NCBI GenBank assembly: GCA_946613885.1 | Contig: CAMOGA010000004.1 | Coordinates: 3,205-67,204, forward strand | From: an uncultured Pseudomonadota bacterium | GTDB taxonomy: Bacteria > Pseudomonadota > Alphaproteobacteria > Rs-D84 | Direction: 5' to 3' | DNA: 64,000 bases | Shown here: piece after piece, positions 37,395 through 45,295 of the stretch | Position numbering within the stretch: the stretch's first letter is position 1 | Layout of the letters: each line of letters starts with the position of its first letter | Position numbers and translations under genes: made by a program | The notes under the pieces: generated by a model | Told to the model about the DNA's origin: nothing | The model's database searches: none | Seen by the model: the letters and a program-made list of their open reading frames with translations, nothing else

Positions 37395-37410
37395 TAAAAA
37401 TAATAAAAAA

Positions 37411-37436
37411 AAAACACCGATTTTCATCGGTGTTTT
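37411..37436. terminator. Bidirectional terminator between ccrM and paralog D
   Basis: AAAACACCGA-tttc-TCGGTGTTTT hairpin with A/T runs on both sides. Confidence 0.55.
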
Positions 37437-37454
37437 CTTTATCTTGAAACGTGT

Positions 37455-39611
37455 TTATTCTATGCCATGTGATTGAGCCACGGCAGTATTTACTATACAT
37501 ATACTGCCCGACACAACACATGCAGATTGAACCAATTCGTATGTATTGCCCTGAATCAAATTAATTTGAACATTTGGACAATCATTCAAACGATTGTTAA
37601 ATTGACTGCATGCCTGTTGCCAAGATGCCATATCTGATACCGCAGATGTTGGCGACACAGTTTCCGGCAAACGCAAGTTCCATTTTACATAGAAATCTTT
37701 TAAAGAATCAATTGTGTGTGTTTTGCCCAATGCAACACTGTTCAAACCATCACCAACACGACAAGTAATGTTGCTGCGTTCAACCAAGGCGGTGATTCCT
37801 GTAACAATTCCACCGACACCGGCACCTGTTGCACCACCAACCAATGCACCCTTGGCGATTTCTGCGCCTTTGTTTGCATCTTTAACAACATCTTGTTTAA
37901 TATTCAATGAAGACAATAATTTTTGTAATTCATTGATTTGATATTGTATTTGGGCAACCGTCAAACAGTTATTATTATGTGAACACAATATTCCCGAATT
38001 GCCAGCCATATATGTTTGCACCTGTAAAGGAACGAACATACATTGTCTGTTAAATGTTTCAACACTTGATTGTGTTGTTCCAGCAGGTGCGCCACATTGT
38101 ATACTTTGACCAATCACCAATGTATTTCCGTCTTGAGACAAAACAATATTCCCACCAACAACTGTTTTGGTATCACCGCCGATTTTTGAAGAAATCGAAT
38201 TAGATATCTGCACATTTTGTTGGTTAGACAAACATTGTTTTACTAAACTGTCGTATAAAACAACTTTTTCTTCCAATTGGTGCAAATCACGACAATGGTC
38301 TTCATCCATTTCGTTAAAATTATATCCATCTGAGAATATTGGTGTTCCTGTAAATGTTTTTACATCACCGTTGCCAGAAAACATGACATTTTTATATGCA
38401 TAACTCTTTAACACACCTGCCTGACCAGATGCATATATCTTAGCACCCAATTCTTTACGGTATTTTTCATCTGTGCATGGATCATTTTTCGCATCAACAG
38501 AATCTAAATATGCCTGATGTTTTTCATTATAATTATGCGCACCAACGCCCGCGCCAATTGCAGTTCCCAATGCCGTACCACCACCAACAGCAACAACCGC
38601 TGTCGTTTTTGTTTTGTTCATCAATGAAAAATCAAACAAATCTTTGTTGCAAGTAAACGAAGAACCCGCACGTTGCCATACTTCGGCCGGATTATCATTA
38701 CCAACAGCCCCGAACAACCAACTGTTTTTAATCAATTCGTCTTTGTTATACGCAGCAACACGAACCAGACATTCTGCATTGCACCCATCCCAACGGGCAT
38801 AATGACCGCGATTACCACTGTATCCGACAGTATTTACGACATCACCTTGTGGATTATCTTTAGACAACATTCCTGCCCGTGCACCATTATATGCACCGAC
38901 ACGATTATTGTATTCTGAATTCACAGCATTTACATCTGAAACCGCAGCAAACGAAGAACCATACGTATTACGATCCAGCAACAAACATGTGTTTTCAGCC
39001 TGATTTGGTGTCAATCCAGTTTTTCTTAACACAAAATTATAATATTGTGGTTGAATAACTCTGGAATTAAAATCCAACCATACATCCGAAGATTGTGCAT
39101 AAACATTACGACAATCAACACGCACCTCTGCAATACATCTTTCAATTTCTGCCTGACACAAATGCATACCGTTCATAACAGAATTTCGAATATCGTCATT
39201 ACAGAACAAATCATTTATTCCGCCCGGCAAAGCCCCAGTATTAATACATTGCAATATGCTGTCCATACACATTTTTATTGTGTACGCAGAATTTCTTACC
39301 CCACCATCTGGGCATTCTGGATCTGGGTCTGGATCCGGGTTTGGATCTGGGTCTGGATCAGGTGTTGGTGTTGGAACGACATGTGGCATACCTGCCTCGA
39401 CCGGTGCAGTGACAACATGAACCGCCGGATTGCCGATTGTATTCAACCCAACCGTTGGTATAGTTGGCATACGCGCAGACATGGTTGAACGCCCACTTTG
39501 TGAATTTTGATTTCCACGTGGATCATCGCGCCCAGCCGCAAACGCAGCACCAAAAACAGCCAATGTGGCAATACTAACCACTGATTTTCCAAATAAATTC
39601 AATACTTTCAT
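37455..39611 (-). CDS. Cysteine-containing secreted/membrane protein, divergent paralog D (718 aa), with (PD)n linker and two Gly-zipper segments
   Basis: AGGGGA SD and signal peptide MKVLNLFGKSVVSIATLAVFGAAFA|A. The SARMP motif is shared with paralog B. The CMD-like box is AYTIKMCMDSILQC. Confidence 0.8.
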   Translation of the reverse strand: MKVLNLFGKSVVSIATLAVFGAAFAAGRDDPRGNQNSQSGRSTMSARMPTIPTVGLNTIGNPAVHVVTAPVEAGMPHVVPTPTPDPDPDPNPDPDPDPECPDGGVRNSAYTIKMCMDSILQCINTGALPGGINDLFCNDDIRNSVMNGMHLCQAEIERCIAEVRVDCRNVYAQSSDVWLDFNSRVIQPQYYNFVLRKTGLTPNQAENTCLLLDRNTYGSSFAAVSDVNAVNSEYNNRVGAYNGARAGMLSKDNPQGDVVNTVGYSGNRGHYARWDGCNAECLVRVAAYNKDELIKNSWLFGAVGNDNPAEVWQRAGSSFTCNKDLFDFSLMNKTKTTAVVAVGGGTALGTAIGAGVGAHNYNEKHQAYLDSVDAKNDPCTDEKYRKELGAKIYASGQAGVLKSYAYKNVMFSGNGDVKTFTGTPIFSDGYNFNEMDEDHCRDLHQLEEKVVLYDSLVKQCLSNQQNVQISNSISSKIGGDTKTVVGGNIVLSQDGNTLVIGQSIQCGAPAGTTQSSVETFNRQCMFVPLQVQTYMAGNSGILCSHNNNCLTVAQIQYQINELQKLLSSLNIKQDVVKDANKGAEIAKGALVGGATGAGVGGIVTGITALVERSNITCRVGDGLNSVALGKTHTIDSLKDFYVKWNLRLPETVSPTSAVSDMASWQQACSQFNNRLNDCPNVQINLIQGNTYELVQSACVVSGSICIVNTAVAQSHGIE
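39315..39374 (-). repeat. In-frame (Pro-Asp)n / PTPT coding microsatellite
   Basis: ggatctgggtctggatccgggtttggatctgggtctggatca encodes PTPTPDPDPDPNPDPDPDPE. Confidence 0.8.
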
Positions 39612-39699
39612 GATATTTCCCCTAGATTCCTGTAAGAACATTATATCATATAATTGACATAATAAAAAGTTTTTTTGTAAATTATTTTTTATAAAAATA

Positions 39700-39727
39700 T
39701 TGACAAATTATATCGATTGTCTATAAT
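39700..39727 (+). promoter_or_regulatory. Consensus promoter TTGACA-16-TATAAT ending 6 nt before ATG 39734 (leaderless mRNA predicted)
   Basis: TTGACA at 39700-39705 and TATAAT at 39722-39727. No room for an SD. Confidence 0.5.
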
Positions 39728-39733
39728 ATAAGT

Positions 39734-40690
39734 ATGAATAAGGTTTTAGAATTTTTTAAATCAAAAATAATTATTGTCAAATGGACAATATGGTATTTTT
39801 TTGTATTGTGGTTAATTTTGAAATATATATTCAAATTTGATATGTTTTCTTATCATTATTGGTGGACATTTTTTCATGCAACATTACACGGATTTGCCGG
39901 ATTAACATTTGGTTTATTGATGTATGGCGCAATACCGGTTTATATAGCAACAACCGTCATCACATATCGTAAAAAAGAATTTATAGTCAAAATTCCTGGA
40001 TGGGATAAATTTGTTGATTTTATAAAAAAAATATTTACAACAAAACCTGTTGAGGTATCAGAACCAGAACCCGAATCCGAAGAACAAGAACAAAATCAAG
40101 AACCAGAATTTCCACCCGAATTACCACCTGAATTACGTATTCCATTTATGCGTGCAAAAAAACATCTGTCTTTAAATGGGGCGGTATCCGTGTATAACCA
40201 ACAACCAACCGCCACACAAAAACAAATCGAATCGGTTCCAAACAATACCCCAGAACCACAAATACCAATTCCAACTGATTTTGACATTGGTGATGAAATT
40301 GCCGACATTCACGATTCGATTCCAACATTTACAGACATTAATTTTGACACACCAATTGCAACCGAAAAAGAATTAGAAAACAACACAACAAAATATTTAA
40401 ACACGCATAATATTGAATTTGAAACGTATCGTAATTTTGTTGCAACGGAAAAATATTTAATATACGAACACAGCGATAATGATTTTTGGATTATGGATGG
40501 TGATTCTTGGTTTGCATCTGGAAAACAAATTGATTCACCAATACAAGAATTAATTGATATCGCAAAACAAAATAATTTAACACCGGTAATTTATTTACAA
40601 TCAACCAATATAATGGATTTAGATACCACAATCGCAAACTTTGAATCTATGGGCATCAAAGTAATTAAAGATTTGAGTGAATTAGATTAA
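39734..40690 (+). CDS. Membrane protein (3 N-terminal TM helices, acidic PE-rich linker, C-terminal globular domain), unknown function
   Basis: Hydrophobic N-terminus, EPEPESEEQEQNQEPEFPPELPPEL linker. Located between paralogs D and E. Confidence 0.6.
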   Translation: MNKVLEFFKSKIIIVKWTIWYFFVLWLILKYIFKFDMFSYHYWWTFFHATLHGFAGLTFGLLMYGAIPVYIATTVITYRKKEFIVKIPGWDKFVDFIKKIFTTKPVEVSEPEPESEEQEQNQEPEFPPELPPELRIPFMRAKKHLSLNGAVSVYNQQPTATQKQIESVPNNTPEPQIPIPTDFDIGDEIADIHDSIPTFTDINFDTPIATEKELENNTTKYLNTHNIEFETYRNFVATEKYLIYEHSDNDFWIMDGDSWFASGKQIDSPIQELIDIAKQNNLTPVIYLQSTNIMDLDTTIANFESMGIKVIKDLSELD

Positions 40691-40714
40691 AAAACCGCCC
40701 GTTTGGGCGGTTTT
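40691..40714. terminator. Bidirectional terminator
   Basis: AAAACCGCCC-gttt-GGGCGGTTTT. Confidence 0.6.
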
Positions 40715-40716
40715 AA

Positions 40717-43401
40717 TTAATGTGATTTTCCCATTTGGACGGTTTCTGTATTCAGCACAGTTCCTTCATCAAATTGATCACAATAGCCACCACCTATTCT
40801 GTGTTTAAAATTGGTACAATTATATTTAGTGGTCGTAATCGTACAAACATTTGTTGCAGAATCATACGTTGCAATAGTATCTGTCAATTGTTTAATTTTT
40901 CTGCATGCCAAATGTTTAAGGGTATAATTATCATCCGCATCCTTGCCACAACCAGTCTTTGTTTCTAATTTAGTACCATTCCAAATACGATAACTTGTTC
41001 TGTGACTGTCTTCTGCTGTATATTTATCACAACTCTTTTGATTTTCTTCATCTTTATCAACTTCATTATCGGCATAAATCATTTCGGCAATTTGATTATC
41101 CAAATCTGCTATTTGTTGTGTATATTTACTGGTTAATTCAGCATTTTTTTCTGATAACCTATTTAATAAACTGTCTGCAATAACACTGCGGTATGAATCC
41201 GTCAGATTCGGGAAACGTGCTTTGCCTGCTTCTTTACTTCCGAAATTTTTTGTACTATCAAAGCCCTGCACTTTACGCCCTTCTGTACAATAAATAACCT
41301 TAGGATCTGTGTTAATTGATGCCATTATACGATTTAATGCATTATCCAAAATTGGCGATACTTTATCATCACCAGAAAACTTCACTTCTCTGCGACCGTT
41401 GTTATCTTCTGTGTAATCGTACGATACTTTATATATATCTGGTGTCCCAACCAGAGTCGCCTGATAGTTTCCAGATTTTAAATCATTGGTGGTCATCATT
41501 GCCAAACCAGATTTACAGTCATTTCCTGGTTTACCATTTGGACAAATCTGAACACTGATATCACGTTCCAAAGGCGACAAATCAAATGTTGCAGCATCAC
41601 AAGTTTCTGTATCACCACAAATTTTTACCATGGCTTCGTTTGCCGCATTTTGACATGCGGTTGCCAGTGCATTATCAATTTGTATTGCCAATCCCTGGGC
41701 GATTTGTGCAACATATTCTTTAACCGTTTCTTCATTATATTTCGGTTTACCATTTTCATCTGCACTCATACATGCTGTCAATTTTTGATATGGACATATA
41801 TCACCAATTGAGTCAGTATCCAAACCGATACAGCCCGAATAATCATCGCCACAACGTTCGGTCAAACATGCCTTGACTTCTGTTGTACATGCATCAACCT
41901 TCATTGCACCCAATATCGCCAATAATCCGTTCCACAAAGTTGATTTTGTTGGGTTATTATAATCCCCACCGGTGGCTTCCAAACATGGTTCCAATTGAAC
42001 CTTGCATAACGATTTGTATGTTTCTGGATTGGATAAACACATATCGTATGAATCACTGTCCCCAAAATTGGATTTACATGCATTTTGGAAACATTTTGCA
42101 AGTGTTGGTATACAATTCGAACGTAAATTTTGTTCAGCAATTAATTCTGCAGATTTTATCGCAGGTGCCGCATTACGTAAAAATCCGTTCCATACTGCAT
42201 CATTTTTGTTTGAATTAACACACTGTTTTGTGATACGTTCGCAAATCATTTTCTTTGCCAATAATTGTTCCATTGTTGATGCAGCCAATGTTATATCTGC
42301 ACCACCACGTGAACCCTTGATTTTAGATTGCTTTGCAACACTGCCTTTCTTGTTATTTTTTACATTTTCATTGGCCGCCAATGTCACACATCCTGTATAA
42401 TCATCACCACATTCTGCGGTTGTTTTCATACATTCAGTAAATGCAATCACACATTCACCAGTTGTTGCATATTTATTCTGATTTTTATATTCATCCAATG
42501 CTGCATCACGTAATGCCTTTTGTGCAGTTTGTAATTTTTGTTGACTTTGACTTCTTTGCGCCTTTAAACTGTTTTCATACGCGATACAATCAGATTTAAT
42601 TTTTTGCGCATAAACCAATGATAACATTGAACCATAACTTTTGCATTGCGCAGGAATCTGGGCAGAACATATTTTTACTGTTTCGTTATATAATGCCGTT
42701 CCTTTCTTATCCATCAAAGATTGTTGGGCAGATTGCGCATCAAAAATATCATCATCTAAATCAGAAAACACATTATTATCGAATATAGACAAATCTAATG
42801 TACGCGCCCGCTTTTTATTTTCTTCGGTCTGTTTGTTGGCATTTGCAGCCTGTTCGCCAGCCATTTGGGCACGTTTCATAATTTCCGCCTCGGCTTCGCC
42901 CATTTGAATACGTTCGACACCTTCGGTTGCCATGATATATGATTGTTCATCCAGTTTTACAATTTCTTCCAGAACTTTATCTAATTCAGTAATTTTATCA
43001 TTACATTGACAACGACCGCCGGTTGCATTGTCTAACATACAAAACGCATCCATACATCCATAAAAAGCATTTTGACATTCTTCTGGCACCGCAGTATTTT
43101 CGGTTGCCACTGCAACCTTGGTTCCTGTATTTATGACCTTTTGCGTGGCACCCGCACGTGCCGCCTGAACACCAGGTTTTACCGCCGTCTGTTTTTTGCC
43201 AGCCCGTGCAGAAACATTTCCATTATTTACAACCTGTTGACGTTTACCTGCGCGTGCATTATTTACATTTACTGTTTCTGATGTATCATTGTTCACCGTA
43301 TTAACAGCATTATTACGTCCACGTTGGGCAACCGCCGCATTTGCAGTAAAATCCGCCACACAAAGCGATAAAAACAATGCAAAAAACATATATTTGCGCA
43401 T
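40717..43401 (-). CDS. CMD-box cysteine-rich secreted protein, paralog E (894 aa)
   Basis: AAGGAG SD, signal peptide (..FTANA|AV), three ARAG repeats, CQNAFYGCMDAFCMLDNATGGRCQCND. Long identical blocks with paralog A (MKVDACTTEVKACLTERCGDDYSGCIGLDTDSIGDICP). Confidence 0.85.
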   Translation of the reverse strand: MRKYMFFALFLSLCVADFTANAAVAQRGRNNAVNTVNNDTSETVNVNNARAGKRQQVVNNGNVSARAGKKQTAVKPGVQAARAGATQKVINTGTKVAVATENTAVPEECQNAFYGCMDAFCMLDNATGGRCQCNDKITELDKVLEEIVKLDEQSYIMATEGVERIQMGEAEAEIMKRAQMAGEQAANANKQTEENKKRARTLDLSIFDNNVFSDLDDDIFDAQSAQQSLMDKKGTALYNETVKICSAQIPAQCKSYGSMLSLVYAQKIKSDCIAYENSLKAQRSQSQQKLQTAQKALRDAALDEYKNQNKYATTGECVIAFTECMKTTAECGDDYTGCVTLAANENVKNNKKGSVAKQSKIKGSRGGADITLAASTMEQLLAKKMICERITKQCVNSNKNDAVWNGFLRNAAPAIKSAELIAEQNLRSNCIPTLAKCFQNACKSNFGDSDSYDMCLSNPETYKSLCKVQLEPCLEATGGDYNNPTKSTLWNGLLAILGAMKVDACTTEVKACLTERCGDDYSGCIGLDTDSIGDICPYQKLTACMSADENGKPKYNEETVKEYVAQIAQGLAIQIDNALATACQNAANEAMVKICGDTETCDAATFDLSPLERDISVQICPNGKPGNDCKSGLAMMTTNDLKSGNYQATLVGTPDIYKVSYDYTEDNNGRREVKFSGDDKVSPILDNALNRIMASINTDPKVIYCTEGRKVQGFDSTKNFGSKEAGKARFPNLTDSYRSVIADSLLNRLSEKNAELTSKYTQQIADLDNQIAEMIYADNEVDKDEENQKSCDKYTAEDSHRTSYRIWNGTKLETKTGCGKDADDNYTLKHLACRKIKQLTDTIATYDSATNVCTITTTKYNCTNFKHRIGGGYCDQFDEGTVLNTETVQMGKSH

Positions 43402-43427
43402 AAAAATCTCCTTAATCCTTTCATTTT

Positions 43428-43456
43428 ATTTTATCATAAAAACACCCACCCTGCAA
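43428..43456 (-). promoter_or_regulatory. Predicted promoter (TTGCAG-17-TAAAAT) of paralog E
   Basis: Minus strand: TTGCAG (43456-43451) and TAAAAT (43433-43428). Confidence 0.4.
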
Positions 43457-43470
43457 ATTAAATATCATAA

Positions 43471-43492
43471 AAAAATCGCCCAATCGGGCGAT
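43471..43492 (-). terminator. Rho-independent terminator after rplQ
   Basis: Minus strand: ATCGCCC-gatt-GGGCGAT followed by T7. Confidence 0.6.
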
Positions 43493-43513
43493 TTTAATAA
43501 CACTAATTTATTT

Positions 43514-44071
43514 TTATTTACCAGTTGCACGACGTTTAACTGCAACAGTTTTTTTCGCACCAGTTGCCTTTGGCGCAGCCGCTTTCTTTTCTGCTGCAAC
43601 CTTGGTTGTTTTTGGTGCTTTTGGTGCTTTGACCGCTTTTTCTTCTGTGGCTACTGGTTCTGTTGTTTCTGCTGCCACTGTTTTTGGTGCAGATTTTTTT
43701 GCACTTTCATCTCTGTCCACCAATTCAATAATTGCCATTGGTGCCGCATCACCGTAACGGAAACCCGCCTTTAATACGCGTGTATAACCGCCAGGACGTT
43801 TTGCATAACGTGGTCCCAAAACTGTGAATAATTTTTTCACTGCCTTGTCAGAACTGTTACCCAATTCAGATGCTGTTAAACGGCGATTTGCAACAGTGTC
43901 AACCTTAGCACGGGTAATCAATTTTTCGACAACCCTGCGTAAATCTTTTGCCTTAGGCAATGTTGTTTTAATTTGTTCACGTTCAATTAAATTTTTCGCC
44001 AAACCAATAAACAAGGCCTTGCGAGCGTTTGTATCGCGATTAAAAGTGCGACCTGCTTTCATATGTCTCAT
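43514..44071 (-). CDS. rplQ: 50S ribosomal protein L17 with A/K/P-rich C-terminal extension
   Basis: [20 protein letters not shown]...GGYTRVLK core, then a tail of about 60 aa. Confidence 0.95.
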   Translation of the reverse strand: MRHMKAGRTFNRDTNARKALFIGLAKNLIEREQIKTTLPKAKDLRRVVEKLITRAKVDTVANRRLTASELGNSSDKAVKKLFTVLGPRYAKRPGGYTRVLKAGFRYGDAAPMAIIELVDRDESAKKSAPKTVAAETTEPVATEEKAVKAPKAPKTTKVAAEKKAAAPKATGAKKTVAVKRRATGK

Positions 44072-44095
44072 TGATTACTCCTTTTGTTGTTTCTG

Positions 44096-44152
44096 CCCTG
44101 GGATACCCAGGGATTTTTGAGACCCCGCAACCTGGGTTTCCCCAGAATTGCG
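44096..44152 (-). other. Two GC-rich stem-loops in the rpoA-rplQ spacer
   Basis: CCGCAA..CTGGG-gaaa-CCCAG..TTGCGG and CCCTGGG-tat-CCCAGGG (read on the minus strand). Neither is followed by a T tract. Confidence 0.35.
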
Positions 44153-44166
44153 GATTTGTTTATTTA

Positions 44167-45195
44167 TTATTTATACGGATCTTCGTATTTTTTTGCCAAT
44201 TCAGCAATGTTTTCTGGTGGCCATCCTGGAACTTCCATTCCTAATGACAATCCCATTGCTTCCAATTGTGCCTTAATCTCGTTCAAAGATTTGCGTCCAA
44301 AGTTCGGTGTTTTCAACATATCGTTTTCGGTTTTTTGAACCAATTCACCCAACCAATTAATACGATCATTCTTTAAACAATTTGTTGCACGAACAGACAA
44401 TTCTAATTCGTCAACATGTTTCAATAATTTTGGATCAAATGGTAAAACATCTTTGGATTTTTCATCGTCATCACCAGATGTAATTTGTGTCGGATCTTCA
44501 AAGTTAATGAATACGTTCAATTGATCTGTCAAAATACGCGCAGCAAACGCAATTGCATCTTCTGGGGTGACAGAACCATTTGTTTTAACCGTCAATTCCA
44601 ATTTGTCGTAATCTGTTGATTGACCAACACGGGTTTGTGAAACGTTTGATGCAACGTTCAAAATTGGCGAATAAATTGAATCAACTGGGATTGTTCCCAA
44701 TGGTAAATTTGCCGCATTAACAGTTGCAGGAACATACCCACGACCAGATGCCAATGTGATTTCCATATCCAACACTGCGCCATTATCCAAAGTGCAAATT
44801 TCTGCATCTTTGTTCATAACTTCGACATTGCCAGATGTTTCAATCATGCCTGCCGTCACAACCGCTGGGCCTTTGACTTTTATTGTCGCCTTGTGTTGAC
44901 CTTCGGTTAACGCTTTGAAATAAACACCTTTTAAATTCAAAATAATATCTGTGACATCTTCGCGAACGCCGGCTAAACTGCTGAATTCATGCTGAACACC
45001 ATCAATTTTAACATAGATTGGTGCGCATCCCTGCAAAGAAGACAACAACACACGACGCAAAGCCGTTCCCAACGTCAAACCAAAACCCTTTTCCAAAGGT
45101 TCTGCGATTAATGTTGCGATATTTGGGTTATTTTCATCGACTTTGATATTCAATTTTTTTGGCTTAATCAAAGTCATCCAGTTTTTTTCAATCAT
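44167..45195 (-). CDS. rpoA: DNA-directed RNA polymerase alpha subunit
   Basis: Canonical N-terminal domain ([22 protein letters not shown]) and C-terminal domain ([13 protein letters not shown]). Confidence 0.95.
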   Translation of the reverse strand: MIEKNWMTLIKPKKLNIKVDENNPNIATLIAEPLEKGFGLTLGTALRRVLLSSLQGCAPIYVKIDGVQHEFSSLAGVREDVTDIILNLKGVYFKALTEGQHKATIKVKGPAVVTAGMIETSGNVEVMNKDAEICTLDNGAVLDMEITLASGRGYVPATVNAANLPLGTIPVDSIYSPILNVASNVSQTRVGQSTDYDKLELTVKTNGSVTPEDAIAFAARILTDQLNVFINFEDPTQITSGDDDEKSKDVLPFDPKLLKHVDELELSVRATNCLKNDRINWLGELVQKTENDMLKTPNFGRKSLNEIKAQLEAMGLSLGMEVPGWPPENIAELAKKYEDPYK

Positions 45196-45261
45196 TTTTT
45201 ACTCCATCGGGCTTAGTTTATTATTTTCACCAGATTTACACACAACCGTGTGTGTTCGGAA

Positions 45262-45290
45262 ATTCTATAATAATTTTTTTGAATTGTCAA
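45262..45290 (-). promoter_or_regulatory. Predicted dedicated promoter of rpoA-rplQ (TTGACA-17-TAGAAT)
   Basis: Minus strand: TTGACA (45290-45285) and TAGAAT (45267-45262), followed by an ACACACA-cggt-TGTGTGT hairpin (45255-45238) in the leader. Confidence 0.45.
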
Positions 45291-45295
45291 TTATT

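Noticed and set aside
39315-39374. Short periodic DNA repeats that might suggest a CRISPR array or non-coding satellite (also 47262-47318)
   Set aside because: Both are in frame inside long ORFs. Units of 6-18 bp have no spacers, and there are no cas genes.
45238-45255. ACACACA-accg-TGTGTGT hairpin as the terminator of the 347-aa gene
   Set aside because: It has no U tract on the transcribed strand and lies downstream of the predicted rpoA promoter. It is more likely a 5'-UTR structure, so it is kept only as a note under that promoter.
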